DNA of 64,000 bases from Acidobacteriota bacterium (GCA_965214245.1 CBDCBL010000005.1:28657-92656), one strand, 5' to 3'; positions 1-11,877 are shown, numbered from the stretch's first letter. Numbers and translations are program-made. The notes: generated by a model not told the origin, from the sequence alone.

Positions 1-1159
1 ACAAGTCATCGGAGCAATGTTGACGGAGCAGATCGTCATCAAGGATCTCCGCGTAGTCGCTCATCGTGTCCCTGGAAGGCGCGAACTTGAAGTGCGAACT
101 GCCCCCGTACGACGTGCCGCGCAGCTCCGCCATGCGGCGTGTCGTGATGCCGCGCTCTCCCATCACGGCTCGGACCCTCTCGAAACTCTCGACAGGCAAA
201 GTGTCGACGTTTGTGTTGCCGTGGACGCCTTCGAGAATGACCGCCAGAGTCTCCGCCTGCCCCCTTCTGGGGCCAAAGGCACCCACAGAGTCGAGAAAGC
301 AGCGAAGCGCACTGGCTCCCTGCACCGTCACGTGAAAGCCCGGACGATAGCCCTTCTTCCGCGCCTCGTAGGTTCGAGCAACGATACCCAACCGCTGCAA
401 TAGCGCGGCGACATCGGCTGCAAGCCCTGGGCTGTTCGTGGCGTAGTACGCGAGGTGAGTCCCCCGCTTGCCTTCTGGCTTGGGCGAGATCGAGCCGTCC
501 GTCGCCCATAGATGCCGTAGTAGCACCCCGATTTGCCGATTCGATAGTCGGAACGCGGCCTCGGGAACTCTCTTCTTGTGCGACCGTTGGTCGAAAATGC
601 CCAGCTCGCGGAGCCACTTGTTCACCCCGGCGGGATGCCAGCGGTTCCCATTGCCGCTAATCAAGAGTTGATGCCACCGGCGACGACCCTTGTACCGCTT
701 TACTTCGGCGCCAAACTCGCTGGCAGCAGCTGTCGCAACGACCTCGCTGTTTTCCTCCGAACTTGTGGAATAGCGCATCGGCTGACCGGACAGATAGCTG
801 CCATCACCGATCAATTGTCCGAGCAGCTCAACCTGCGCGGCGGGCCATTCCTCGGGCGCGGCCGGCTCCGGGAGACATCGTGGGATCGCCAATCGATCTC
901 CGGCTGCCAACTCGGCAGCGCGCATCCAGCCGCGAGCACCGTAGATTCGGTGCTTCGCCGTCACCCGGAAGGATCGACCACTGGCAAGACGAACGGACAG
1001 AATCGGCCGCTGGCCCACTTTCCATACCTTGTCGCTGACGGCGCGAACCATCTTCCGCTCGGCGGACATCGCGATGACTTCCGGAGTCGAGCCCACCAAC
1101 CTCTCGATGGGGATGCGCCGCCCATCCGCTAGCTGCACCAGCGTATCGCCCGTCACGCA
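1..1159 (-). mobile_element. Intein with LAGLIDADG homing endonuclease at the DnaB SDLRE/SG site (C-terminal end outside window)
   Basis: After SDLRE the frame reads CVTGDTLVQLADGRRIPIERL (block A, Cys1 codon at 1159), later VTAKHR (block B TxxH), LLGQLIGDGSY and LRHLWATDGSI (LAGLIDADG motifs). Confidence 0.92.
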
Positions 1160-2305
1160 CTCCCTGAGGTCCGAGAGCTGCGGGCGGTGCTCCGACCGCG
1201 ACTCCGGCGCGCGCGACAGCTGTGACAGCGCGACCACCGGGATCTCGAGCTCCTTGGCCAGACCCTTGAGGGCGCGTGAGATGGCACCGATCTCCAGGTT
1301 GCGATTCTCGAAGCGGCCGATGCTCATGAGCTGCAGGTAGTCGATGATCAGCAGGTCGAGGCCGTGCTCGGCCTTGAGACGGCGCGCCTTGGAGCGCATC
1401 TCGAGGAGCGAGGGATTGGCGGTGTCATCGACGAAGATCTTGGCCGACGACAGGTACTCGAGCGCGTTGAGCAGATCGTTGAGGTCCTTGTCGGTGAGAA
1501 ACCCGGTGGCCAGCTTGTGGTTGTCGACCTGGGCCTCGGCCGACATGAGACGGCGGATGAGCTGCTGCGTCGACATCTCGAGCGAGAAAATTCCCACCGA
1601 ACCGCCGTGGCGCAGCGACACGTGCTGGGCGACGTTGAGCGCCAACGACGTTTTCCCCATCGACGGACGGCCCGCGATGATGATCAGGTCGCCGGGCTGA
1701 AAACCCGCGGTCAAGGTGTCAAGTCGCTTGAACCCGGTTGGCGTACCGGTAATGAACTCGCGGCGCTCGTGCAGCTCCTCGAGCTCGTGCATGGTGTCGC
1801 CGGCCAGGTCCTGAATCGACAGGAAGCCGCGCTTGACCTTGTCCTCGGCGATCTCGAAGATCTTGCGCTCGGCCTGATCGATGATCTCGTCGGTGTCGTC
1901 TTCTCCGGTAATGGCCGACGTGATAATGGCGTTCGCCGAGGCGATGAGACTGCGCAGCGCGGCCTTGTCCTTGACGATGCGCGCGTATTGCGCCGTGTTG
2001 AGGGCGCGCGGCAGGCCGTCCATCAAGGCCGATAGATAGCCCATGCCACCGGCGCGCTCCAGGTTGTCGCCGCGCGTCAGCTCCTCGGCAATCGTGACGG
2101 CGTCGATCGCCTGCCTGTGCTCGGAAAGCGCCACCATCGCCGCAAAGATCAAGCGATGCGCCTCGCCGTAGAAATCGTCGGCCGTAAGGGTTTCGGCGGC
2201 CGGATTGATGGCCTCGTTGTCGAGCAGGATAGCGCCGAGGACGGACCGCTCCGCATCGAGATTGTGCGGCAGAGTGCGTCCCTTGGTCAGCTCGTCAGGC
2301 GACAT
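1..2305 (-). CDS. dnaB: Replicative DNA helicase DnaB with intein (runs off the window start)
   Basis: Manual translation from ATG at 2305: LPHNLDAERSVLGAILL, ARPSMGKTSLA (Walker A), IIDYLQLM, LSQLSR, RPQLSDLRE. Not in the ORF track because no stop codon lies inside the window. Confidence 0.95.
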   Translation of the reverse strand, partial: MSPDELTKGRTLPHNLDAERSVLGAILLDNEAINPAAETLTADDFYGEAHRLIFAAMVALSEHRQAIDAVTIAEELTRGDNLERAGGMGYLSALMDGLPRALNTAQYARIVKDKAALRSLIASANAIITSAITGEDDTDEIIDQAERKIFEIAEDKVKRGFLSIQDLAGDTMHELEELHERREFITGTPTGFKRLDTLTAGFQPGDLIIIAGRPSMGKTSLALNVAQHVSLRHGGSVGIFSLEMSTQQLIRRLMSAEAQVDNHKLATGFLTDKDLNDLLNALEYLSSAKIFVDDTANPSLLEMRSKARRLKAEHGLDLLIIDYLQLMSIGRFENRNLEIGAISRALKGLAKELEIPVVALSQLSRAPESRSEHRPQLSDLRECVTGDTLVQLADGRRIPIERLVGSTPEVIAMSAERKMVRAVSDKVWKVGQRPILSVRLASGRSFRVTAKHRIYGARGWMRAAELAAGDRLAIPRCLPEPAAPEEWPAAQVELLGQLIGDGSYLSGQPMRYSTSSEENSEVVATAAASEFGAEVKRYKGRRRWHQLLISGNGNRWHPAGVNKWLRELGIFDQRSHKKRVPEAAFRLSNRQIGVLLRHLWATDGSISPKPEGKRGTHLAYYATNSPGLAADVAALLQRLGIVARTYEARKKGYRPGFHVTVQGASALRCFLDSVGAFGPRRGQAETLAVILEGVHGNTNVDTLPVESFERVRAVMGERGITTRRMAELRGTSYGGSSHFKFAPSRDTMSDYAEILDDDLLRQHCSDDL

Positions 2306-2365
2306 CCGGCCAGTCTAGCAGCCTCCGAAAATCCGTCCACAAAACAACGCCGCGACGGGCCTCCG

Positions 2366-2818
2366 CTATTCTTCTTCGTCTTTGACGACCCATAACTTGA
2401 TAGTCGTCTCGACGCCAGACGGCAGGTGCAGCAGGATCTCGTACACACCCAGCGACTTGATGGCGCTCTCGAGCCTTACCTGGTCCTTGTTGACCTCGAA
2501 GCCCTCGTCGCGCAACGCGTTGGCAATGTCGACGGTCGTTACGGAGCCATAGAGGCTGTCGCCCTCGGAAACCTTTCTCCTTACGTTGACGGACACGCCG
2601 CTCATGCTGTCCGCCAAGGCCTGCGATGCGCCCTTTGCGGCAGCCTCTTTCTCTGCGCGCTTCGCCTTGAGCTCCTCGATCATGCGCTCGTTGGCCGCCG
2701 TGGAGACGACGGCCAGCCCCTTGGGCAACAGGTAGTTGCGCCCGTAGCCGCGCTTCACGTCGACGAGATCGCCCGGCTGGCCGAGGTTTTCCACCGGCTC
2801 CTGGAGTATCAGCTTCAT
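2366..2818 (-). CDS. rplI: 50S ribosomal protein L9
   Basis: MKLILQEPVENLG...VKRGYGRNYLLPKG; LYGSVT motif. Confidence 0.97.
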   Translation of the reverse strand: MKLILQEPVENLGQPGDLVDVKRGYGRNYLLPKGLAVVSTAANERMIEELKAKRAEKEAAAKGASQALADSMSGVSVNVRRKVSEGDSLYGSVTTVDIANALRDEGFEVNKDQVRLESAIKSLGVYEILLHLPSGVETTIKLWVVKDEEE

Positions 2819-2822
2819 CGGC

Positions 2823-3047
2823 CTAACCCGTCGTGTAGGGCAACAGGGCGATCTCGCGAGCCCTCTTGATGGCGCGGGTCAGCATGCGCTGGACCTTGGC
2901 GCTGTTGCCGTTGGTGCGCCGCGGCTGAATCTTGCCGCGATCGAGGATGAAGTTCTGGAGAAGGTCGACGTTCTTGTAATCGATGTAGAGGACGTCATCC
3001 TTGAGGTACTTGTTGCGCCGGCGCCTTCCGGAAAATCCGCGTGCCAT
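2823..3047 (-). CDS. rpsR: 30S ribosomal protein S18
   Basis: [26 protein letters not shown]...[13 protein letters not shown]. Confidence 0.97.
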   Translation of the reverse strand: MARGFSGRRRRNKYLKDDVLYIDYKNVDLLQNFILDRGKIQPRRTNGNSAKVQRMLTRAIKRAREIALLPYTTG

Positions 3048-3049
3048 GG

Positions 3050-3847
3050 TTAGCTCTCCTTCTCTTCTTCTTCGGTCGTGTCGTCGTCGTCTTGGTCGCC
3101 CGCATCGTCGCCGGCATCTCCCCCAGCGTCGTCGTTGAGCGCTTCGGTGGACTCATCGGCTGCGGTTGCGGATGCCTCGACATCGTCGGAAGCCGCGTCC
3201 TCGGCAGCGTCGGAAGCCGCGTCTTCGGCCTCGTCGGAAGACGTGTCCTCGGCGGCGTCGGAAGCCGGGTCTTCGGCCGTCTCGGCGCCTTCATCAGACG
3301 CTTCACCGCCGTCGTCTTCGGCCTCGGCCGCTTCTTCAGCGGCAGCTTCGGCCGCTTCTTCGGCCTGTTCTTCGGCGGCTGCTTCCGCTTCAGCTTCGGC
3401 TTCGGACGCCTCTTCAGCGGCTGCTTCGGCTTCGGCTGCCGACATAGCGGCCACCTCGGCCGCCGCAACGGCACGGCGCTCCGCCGCCAAACGCTGGGCC
3501 TCGGTCTCGCCGGCGTTGACTTCCTGCTCGGCGATCGAGGCGCGCACGTCGGTTTCTTGCACGCCTTCGAGGCGGACGACCATGTTGCGAATGACCGCCT
3601 CGTCCAAACGCATGCGGTCCCTCACGACCGCCGGGAAGGTCACCGGTCCTTCGGCGTAGATCAGGACGTAGATGCCCTTCGTCTTGCCCTTTACCGCGTA
3701 GGCGAGCTGCCGGCGTTGCCACACGCCGGCTTGCAACACCGTGCCGCCGTCGGACTCGATGGAGGTGCGCAGGTCGCCGATGACGGCGTTGACGCCGTCG
3801 TCGTCCGCCTCGGGCGTAACGATAAGAAGGGTTTCGTAGAGATTCAT
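3050..3847 (-). CDS. rpsF: 30S ribosomal protein S6 with very long acidic C-terminal extension
   Basis: [12 protein letters not shown]...[13 protein letters not shown]6 core, then ~160 aa Ala/Glu/Asp-rich tail; immediately upstream of rpsR. Confidence 0.92.
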   Translation of the reverse strand: MNLYETLLIVTPEADDDGVNAVIGDLRTSIESDGGTVLQAGVWQRRQLAYAVKGKTKGIYVLIYAEGPVTFPAVVRDRMRLDEAVIRNMVVRLEGVQETDVRASIAEQEVNAGETEAQRLAAERRAVAAAEVAAMSAAEAEAAAEEASEAEAEAEAAAEEQAEEAAEAAAEEAAEAEDDGGEASDEGAETAEDPASDAAEDTSSDEAEDAASDAAEDAASDDVEASATAADESTEALNDDAGGDAGDDAGDQDDDDTTEEEEKES

Positions 3848-3927
3848 GGATCCCCCCTCGGTCTCAGGCCCTGGTTTGCCAGGGCGAGGAGTACGTGGAA
3901 GCTGGCTCCGCAGGCCGTGGTGACCCG

Positions 3928-5979
<2,052 letters not shown>

Positions 5980-6043
5980 TCGACCGAGCTCCTTAGGCGG
6001 GTGTCCGAGTACTGGGTGTGGTCCCGTTACTCAGACACAGTCC

Positions 6044-6622
6044 TTAGTTGTAGCGGTTCATGGCCGCAATCAGCCCTGAACGCAAGACCAGTTCCACGGC
6101 GTCAGCGGCCTCTTCGATCATCTCGGCCGCGCTGTCTTGTTCGTCTTTATCAAAGCGGCGCAGCACGTAAGCAGCCGTGTCGGCCGGCACGCTCTCGCCG
6201 CGGATCCCCAAACGTAGCCTGGGGATCTGCTGCGTTCCGAGCGCCTCGATAATCGATTTCATGCCCTTTTGACCACTCGAGCCGCCGGCAGCCCGCAGTC
6301 GAGTCCTGCCGAGCAGCAGGTCGACGTCGTCGAACGCAACGAGAACATCAGCCGGTTCGAGCTCGAGCTCTTTGCAGCCCCTCGCGACACCGAGACCGCT
6401 CTCGTTCATGTACGTGCGCGACCGCATGAGCCAGATTTCCGCGGGCCCACCGTCCGCATCCCTTCCTTTCAGGCGGATGCGGGCCAGGTCGACCCGGTCC
6501 AGCTGCGTTGTTTCGACGGTCCGGTAGCGCGACTGGAGAACGTCCAGGAGCATCCACCCCGCGTTGTGGCGGTGCCCGGCGTACTCGTCGCCCGGATTGC
6601 CGAGACCGGCGAGCGCTCGCAT
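6044..6622 (-). CDS. pth: Peptidyl-tRNA hydrolase
   Basis: GLGNPG..Y..HRHNAG, TYMNESG, RLRLGI. Confidence 0.95.
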   Translation of the reverse strand: MRALAGLGNPGDEYAGHRHNAGWMLLDVLQSRYRTVETTQLDRVDLARIRLKGRDADGGPAEIWLMRSRTYMNESGLGVARGCKELELEPADVLVAFDDVDLLLGRTRLRAAGGSSGQKGMKSIIEALGTQQIPRLRLGIRGESVPADTAAYVLRRFDKDEQDSAAEMIEEAADAVELVLRSGLIAAMNRYN

Positions 6623-6625
6623 GCG

Positions 6626-7333
6626 CTACTCGGCAGCTTCGTCTTTCTCTTTCGACTCCTCCGCTCCCTCGGCACCCTCTTCGGCTTCTTCGCCTTCCCC
6701 GCCCTCGGGAACCTCCTCGCCTTCGGCCAGCTCGAGCTCCTCTTCGTCCACCGCGACTTCGAGGTCGGCTTCCGAAACGGGCGGCACCACCGACGCGATC
6801 GAGCGATCGGGGTCGGTGATCAGCGTCACGTCGGGCGGCAGCGTGATGTCCCCGACCTTGATCGAGGTGTTCATCTCGAGCTCGCTCACGTCCACTTCGA
6901 TGGCATCGGGGATGTTCGAAGGCAGGCACGAGACCACGAGCTCACGCAGCGATTGATCGAGAACGCCCTCGTCGACGATCACGCCAACCGGATCGCCAAC
7001 GGTCACCAGAGGTACGGACACCTCGATTTCGACGTCCATGGCGATGCGCATCAGGTCGGCGTGAATGAGCTGACGCGTGATCAGATCGATCTGCAGGTCG
7101 AAGATCATCACGTTGTCTTCGGAACCATCCGCGATCTTGAGCTTGAAGATCGTGTTCTGTCCCGATTCCGACTTGAGGATCGAGATGATCTCGCGCGGAT
7201 TCAGCGTGATGGTGTTGGAGGCCTTGTCGCCGCCGTACACGACTGCGGGCAACTTGCGCTCCCGGCGCATGCGCCGGGCCAGGTTGCTCGAGCCAGCCTC
7301 CCGCGGCTCAGCTTCGATATGGATGTCAGCCAT
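6626..7333 (-). CDS. rplY: 50S ribosomal protein L25/Ctc
   Basis: RRMRRERKLPAVVYGG, HADL, Ctc-type C-terminal domain; located between prs and pth. Confidence 0.95.
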   Translation of the reverse strand: MADIHIEAEPREAGSSNLARRMRRERKLPAVVYGGDKASNTITLNPREIISILKSESGQNTIFKLKIADGSEDNVMIFDLQIDLITRQLIHADLMRIAMDVEIEVSVPLVTVGDPVGVIVDEGVLDQSLRELVVSCLPSNIPDAIEVDVSELEMNTSIKVGDITLPPDVTLITDPDRSIASVVPPVSEADLEVAVDEEELELAEGEEVPEGGEGEEAEEGAEGAEESKEKDEAAE

Positions 7334-7356
7334 GGCTCAGTTCTCTTTCTTCGTTG

Positions 7357-7404
7357 TTGACAGAGTGCTGGAAGACTCCCGGGAGTTTTTCAGCACCCTG
7401 TTAA
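7357..7404. repeat. 48-bp palindromic repeat (REP/MITE-like), copy 1
   Basis: TTGACAGAGTGCTGGAAGACTCCCGGGAGTTTTTCAGCACCCTGTTAA; related copies at 29785 and 51651; overlaps the prs stop codon. Confidence 0.8.
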
Positions 7405-8351
7405 ACGAAAAGGCTGGAGACGCTGGTCTCCTCGTGGATGTTGCGGATCGCCTGGCCGAGCAGCGGGGCGACCGTCAACACCTCGATTTTCGAACAGCTC
7501 GCCGTGTTTTTCTCGAGCGGAATGGTGTCGGTAACGACGACCTTCTCGAACGGCCCTTCCTCGATGCGCTCGAGCGACGGCCCCGAGAGCACGGCGTGCG
7601 CGGTAAAACCGTACACCGCCTTGGCGCCGTTGTCCTTCAGCGCCTGGGCGCCCTGGGTCAGCGTCCCGGCCGTGTCGATCATGTCGTCGTAAAGAATCGT
7701 GTTGCATCCCTCGACTTCACCGATCACGTTCATCGCCATTGCGTTGTTGGCGCGCGGCCGACGCTTGTCGATGATCGCCAAACCGGCGTTCAGGCGCTTG
7801 GCGATCGCCCGCGCCCGCTCCACCGCGCCGGCGTCGGGGGCGACCATGACAACATCGTCGAGCCCCATCTTTTGGAAGCACTCTATGGCCACCGGCGCCG
7901 CGTAAAGGTGATCCACCGGAATGTTGAAGAAACCCTGGATCTGCCCGGCGTGCAGGTCCATCGCCAGAATCCGATCGGTGCCGGCCGTACTCAGCATGTC
8001 CGCAATCAGTTTGGCGGTAATCGGCACACGCGGCGCGTCTTTCTTGTCCTGCCGGGCGTAACCAAAGTACGGCATCACGGCGGTGATGCGCGCCGCCGAC
8101 GAGCGCTTCGCGGCGTCGATCATGATCAGCAACTCCATGATGCTGCGATTCACGGGCCGGCAGGTCGACTGGATCAGGAACACGTCGTTGCCGCGCACGT
8201 TCTCTTGGAGCTGGCACATCACCTCACCGTCCGAGAACTCCTTCAAATCAATGGCGCCGAGGGGGTGTCCGAGATGATCGGCAATTTTCTGAGCCAATCC
8301 GGGGTTGGAGTTGCCCGAGAAGAGCTTCAGGTCGCGGTCTACGGAGGGCAT
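7401..8351 (-). CDS. prs: Ribose-phosphate pyrophosphokinase
   Basis: FSDGE, PYFGYARQD, DLHAGQIQGFF, DDMIDTAGT. Confidence 0.98.
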   Translation of the reverse strand: MPSVDRDLKLFSGNSNPGLAQKIADHLGHPLGAIDLKEFSDGEVMCQLQENVRGNDVFLIQSTCRPVNRSIMELLIMIDAAKRSSAARITAVMPYFGYARQDKKDAPRVPITAKLIADMLSTAGTDRILAMDLHAGQIQGFFNIPVDHLYAAPVAIECFQKMGLDDVVMVAPDAGAVERARAIAKRLNAGLAIIDKRRPRANNAMAMNVIGEVEGCNTILYDDMIDTAGTLTQGAQALKDNGAKAVYGFTAHAVLSGPSLERIEEGPFEKVVVTDTIPLEKNTASCSKIEVLTVAPLLGQAIRNIHEETSVSSLFV

Positions 8352-8430
8352 GGGTCGGGATATGAGGTCAGAGGGACTGCCAGGCTAGCAGGCGGTGGCG
8401 AAAGTTTGATGGGCGGCGGCTGAGACAAAG

Positions 8431-8503
8431 CTGGGGCGGCAGGACTCGAACCTGCATATGCGGGAGCCAAAGTCCCGTGCCTTGCCAATTTGGCGACGCC
8501 CCA
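8431..8503 (-). tRNA. tRNA-Gln (anticodon TTG), CCA not encoded
   Basis: Minus strand TGGGGCGTCGCCAAATTGGCAAGGCACGGGACTTTGGCTCCCGCATATGCAGGTTCGAGTCCTGCCGCCCCAG; conserved ispE-tRNA(Gln)-prs order. Confidence 0.95.
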
Positions 8504-8590
8504 AGAAAAGCCAAGGCTCGATAATCGCGTCAACAGCGGAAGGTAGGTGAACGACGAGGCCCATATTATAGCCGTGTTTCGATGAAGGCA

Positions 8591-9538
8591 TCAAACAGGT
8601 CGGAGGTGCTTCAGACGATCGATCGTCAGGCACGCTCGGGCCCAAAATCCGGCATCACGGAGCCCTGTCGCTGCCTGGCTCGCCGCCCGGCGATCGGTGA
8701 ACGTGCCGAACGAAGCCGCTCCGCTGCCCGTCATTTGCGCGATCCGCGCGCCGTGGGCCTCCAGTGCCTGCCGGGCGCGCTCCACGTCGGGCCACAGATC
8801 TGCCACTGCCGGGGTCAGGTCGTTGCCCATCCACGCGACGTCGAGATCGGGACTGTACGGAGGTAGCGCCGGAAAAGCCGGGGCACCGATGCGTGCCACG
8901 AGGTCATCGAAGGCTCCATAGGCGGCCGCGGTCGGCACCTCACAACGCGGTGCTGCGACGACCAACCACGCCGGATGCAGATCGGGTACGGGCTCGATAT
9001 TCGTGCCGCGCCCGGTGCCGAGCGCCGTGCCCCCGTAGAGGAAAAACGGCACGTCGGAGCCGACCCCGGCAGCCAGGTCGATCAGCCAGTCTGTTTGAGC
9101 CTCCCCCGCCGCCCCCGGCCCTGCGGCGCCAAGATGCGCTTGCCACAGGCGCAGGCAGGCACGGAGGGCCGCCGCCGCGTCGCTGCTGCCACCGCCGAGA
9201 CCGGCGCCGACGGGCACTCGCTTGACCAATTGCATGTCCACCGGGGGCAGATCATAATGGCCGCGCGCCCGCAGCGCCGTGGCCAGTGCGGCAACCGCGG
9301 CGGTAACCGTGTTGTGCTCGGGAAGGTCTACGCCGTGCACGCTTAAACGCAACAATCCGCCGGGCGCATCGGCGGGCGGCGCGAGGCGCGCGTACAGCAA
9401 GTCCGCGAGGCTCACCGTCTGGAATACTGTCGCGAGAGGGTGAAAACCGTCGTCCCCCGCCGCACCGACGCGCAGCGCCAGGTTGATCTTGGCGTGCGCC
9501 CGGACGCGCAGGGGGTGCACGCTTCCCGTCGAGGTCAC
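8591..9538 (-). CDS. ispE: 4-diphosphocytidyl-2-C-methyl-D-erythritol kinase
   Basis: AKINLAL, PVGAGLGGGSSDAAA, GSDVPFF, MTGSG. Confidence 0.95.
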   Translation of the reverse strand: MTSTGSVHPLRVRAHAKINLALRVGAAGDDGFHPLATVFQTVSLADLLYARLAPPADAPGGLLRLSVHGVDLPEHNTVTAAVAALATALRARGHYDLPPVDMQLVKRVPVGAGLGGGSSDAAAALRACLRLWQAHLGAAGPGAAGEAQTDWLIDLAAGVGSDVPFFLYGGTALGTGRGTNIEPVPDLHPAWLVVAAPRCEVPTAAAYGAFDDLVARIGAPAFPALPPYSPDLDVAWMGNDLTPAVADLWPDVERARQALEAHGARIAQMTGSGAASFGTFTDRRAASQAATGLRDAGFWARACLTIDRLKHLRPV

Positions 9539-10443
9539 GGCCGGCGCTCGAAGCCGCGGCGCAGCAGCCCGCCGCCGATCTCCAGCAGGGAAAGCGGAGC
9601 TTCGAGCGATCCTCGGGGCACCTCGATGTCAAAGAAGGCCGCGTCGAGACCATTCGGGTTGGCCGACCAGGCGCGGGCCAGCTGCATCTGGAGCGTGGCG
9701 CCCTCGGCCGGCACCTCGATGCGCAGCCGCAGCGGCACTGGTGCGGGCTCAATCGCCCATTCTTCGAACGTTACCTCGATGCTTCCGGAGTCGGTGGCGA
9801 TGACGACGCGCTCGAAGCGTGCGGTCACCGGATGCAGCCAGGCGGTCGCCCGACCGCCGGACGTCACTGCAATGCGCTGTTGACCGTCGTCCCAAACAGC
9901 GGACGGCGGGGCGGCGCGGGTCCACGGCACGGCATACCCCAGCAAAACGGCCACGATGTTCTCGGGCCCCAGGTCGAGACCGAGCGCCCGACCGAAGGCC
10001 CCCGGCTCGATATCGCCACGGTACAAGGTCCCCTCCTCCGACACCCAAAAGCCGACTTCGCTGCGGCCGGATGTCACGTACCCTTCGCTGCTGCCCGTGG
10101 GGGCCAAAGCCTCGATCGTGACGAACGCTTCGCGCAACGCGTAGACCTGAACGTCGATCCTCCGGTTGCCCACGCCGCGCCTGGCCCGCACCTGGTACGT
10201 GCCGGCCATGCCCTCCAGGTCTTCCCACTGATGGTACGCGTCGGCCAGGAAGCTCTGCGGATCGCGGCGCGCCCGCGCGGCGATGTCCGGGTAGGTCTCG
10301 ACCCAGCCGGGGCGGGCGCAGGCAGCACTGGCCAGCAACAGGAGGCATAGCAAAGCGCGCCGGAGCGCCGATCTAGCGGGCCGGGCGACGGGCGGTGGCC
10401 TGCGAGTCGGCGTCAGGGCTGCAAGATGTCGTGGCCGGCCCAT
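9535..10443 (-). CDS. Lipoprotein, possible LolB/LolA-fold (DUF4292-like)
   Basis: Lipobox-like LLASAAC; beta-strand-like sequence pattern; occupies the position lolB has before ispE in Proteobacteria. Confidence 0.5.
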   Translation of the reverse strand: MGRPRHLAALTPTRRPPPVARPARSALRRALLCLLLLASAACARPGWVETYPDIAARARRDPQSFLADAYHQWEDLEGMAGTYQVRARRGVGNRRIDVQVYALREAFVTIEALAPTGSSEGYVTSGRSEVGFWVSEEGTLYRGDIEPGAFGRALGLDLGPENIVAVLLGYAVPWTRAAPPSAVWDDGQQRIAVTSGGRATAWLHPVTARFERVVIATDSGSIEVTFEEWAIEPAPVPLRLRIEVPAEGATLQMQLARAWSANPNGLDAAFFDIEVPRGSLEAPLSLLEIGGGLLRRGFERRP

Positions 10444-10516
10444 GATCTCGGTGCTACTTTGTTGGCGGAGTCTGGCGTTGTCTTGTCAGCATATTAGCAG
10501 GCCGAGGAGGGGGCAG

Positions 10517-11815
10517 GTGCTCAAGTCCTTCACAGGCAGGGACACGGCGGCGCTCGAGGCCGCCGAAGCCGAGCAGCTGGCCCCCTACGCGCAACGCAGC
10601 GCCGACGCGACGAGACGCTACATGCTCGTCGATGCAGGCCGCACCCTCGCCTATCGCACGGCCTTTCAGCGCGACCGCGACCGCATCCTGCACGCTCTGG
10701 CATTCCGTCGTCTGAAGCACAAGACCCAGGTCTACGTGCCGTACGAGGGCGACCACCACAGGACCCGGCTTACCCACACACTCGAGGTGGCGCAGATCAG
10801 CCGCACAATGGCGCGCGCCCTGGGGCTCAACGAGGACCTCGTTGAGGCCATCGCGCTGGCTCACGACCTCGGCCAGCCGCCGTTCGGCACCGCCGGCCGC
10901 GACACCCTCGAGGCGCTGCTTGCGGCAACCGAATCGCTGAAAAACGTGAGCCCGGAAGGTATGAAGGCGTCCGGCGGCTTCGCTCCGAACTATCAGAGTT
11001 TGCGCGTTATCGACCGCCTTGAGCAGCGCTACGATCACCCCGGCATCAACCTCACGGACGCCGTGCGCGAGGGGGTGTGGAAGTGTGGACCCATCGCGCC
11101 GTCAATCGACTATCCCGATTGGAAAGCCGAGGGGCTCGAAGCCGGGAAGCCGGCGACGTTGGAGGGTCAGGTTGTCGCCACGGCCGACCGCCTCGCCAGG
11201 CTGACGCACGACCTCGAGGACGGCATCCGCGCCGGCGAGGTTGCTCTGGAGGCCGCAGAAAGACTTCAGGTCGGCGTCGCGGTGCTGCACAAGCTCGGCG
11301 ACTCGTACAACATTGGTCGCGGCCGTTTCGGGCGTCAAAACGCGTTGATTCGCGGCATGATCCACTTGCTGGTTTCCGACACGGTGGTGCACACGGCCGA
11401 CAACATCGAAGCGGCCGGTGACGACGTTGCCGAGGGTTTCGCAGCCGACACGGTCGGCTTCTCCAATCACGTGCGCAACCTGGTCGACGAATTGGAGAGC
11501 TTCGTCGAGGCGCAGGTCTATCGCTCGTTTGCCGTGACTCGCCTCGACGCCCGGGCACGCACCTTCATCCGTGGCCTGTTCGCGGCGTACTACCGCGACC
11601 CCCTCCAACTCGATGACTACGTGCTGCTGCGCTACCGCAGCGGCGCCGGCGGCAGTTTCCTGCGCGACGTGCCCGGCGACCGGGTCAGCGAAGAAGTAGC
11701 CGCGCGCTATCACGACCGACCCGCGTTCGTCCGGGTGATCGCGGATCACATCGCCGGAATGAGCGACTCGTACGCCCTGAAAGAGTACGAGCGCCTGTAC
11801 CTACCGCTAGAATAG
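10517..11815 (+). CDS. dgt: dGTP triphosphohydrolase-like HD protein with divergent active site
   Basis: [51 protein letters not shown]; GTG at 10517 follows a GAGGAGG RBS. Confidence 0.85.
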   Translation: MLKSFTGRDTAALEAAEAEQLAPYAQRSADATRRYMLVDAGRTLAYRTAFQRDRDRILHALAFRRLKHKTQVYVPYEGDHHRTRLTHTLEVAQISRTMARALGLNEDLVEAIALAHDLGQPPFGTAGRDTLEALLAATESLKNVSPEGMKASGGFAPNYQSLRVIDRLEQRYDHPGINLTDAVREGVWKCGPIAPSIDYPDWKAEGLEAGKPATLEGQVVATADRLARLTHDLEDGIRAGEVALEAAERLQVGVAVLHKLGDSYNIGRGRFGRQNALIRGMIHLLVSDTVVHTADNIEAAGDDVAEGFAADTVGFSNHVRNLVDELESFVEAQVYRSFAVTRLDARARTFIRGLFAAYYRDPLQLDDYVLLRYRSGAGGSFLRDVPGDRVSEEVAARYHDRPAFVRVIADHIAGMSDSYALKEYERLYLPLE

Positions 11816-11877
11816 ACGCTCCATGTCATACGGTCGCTGATTGGATCCGGTGGCCGCCCACCCGAGAGACCGATGCG

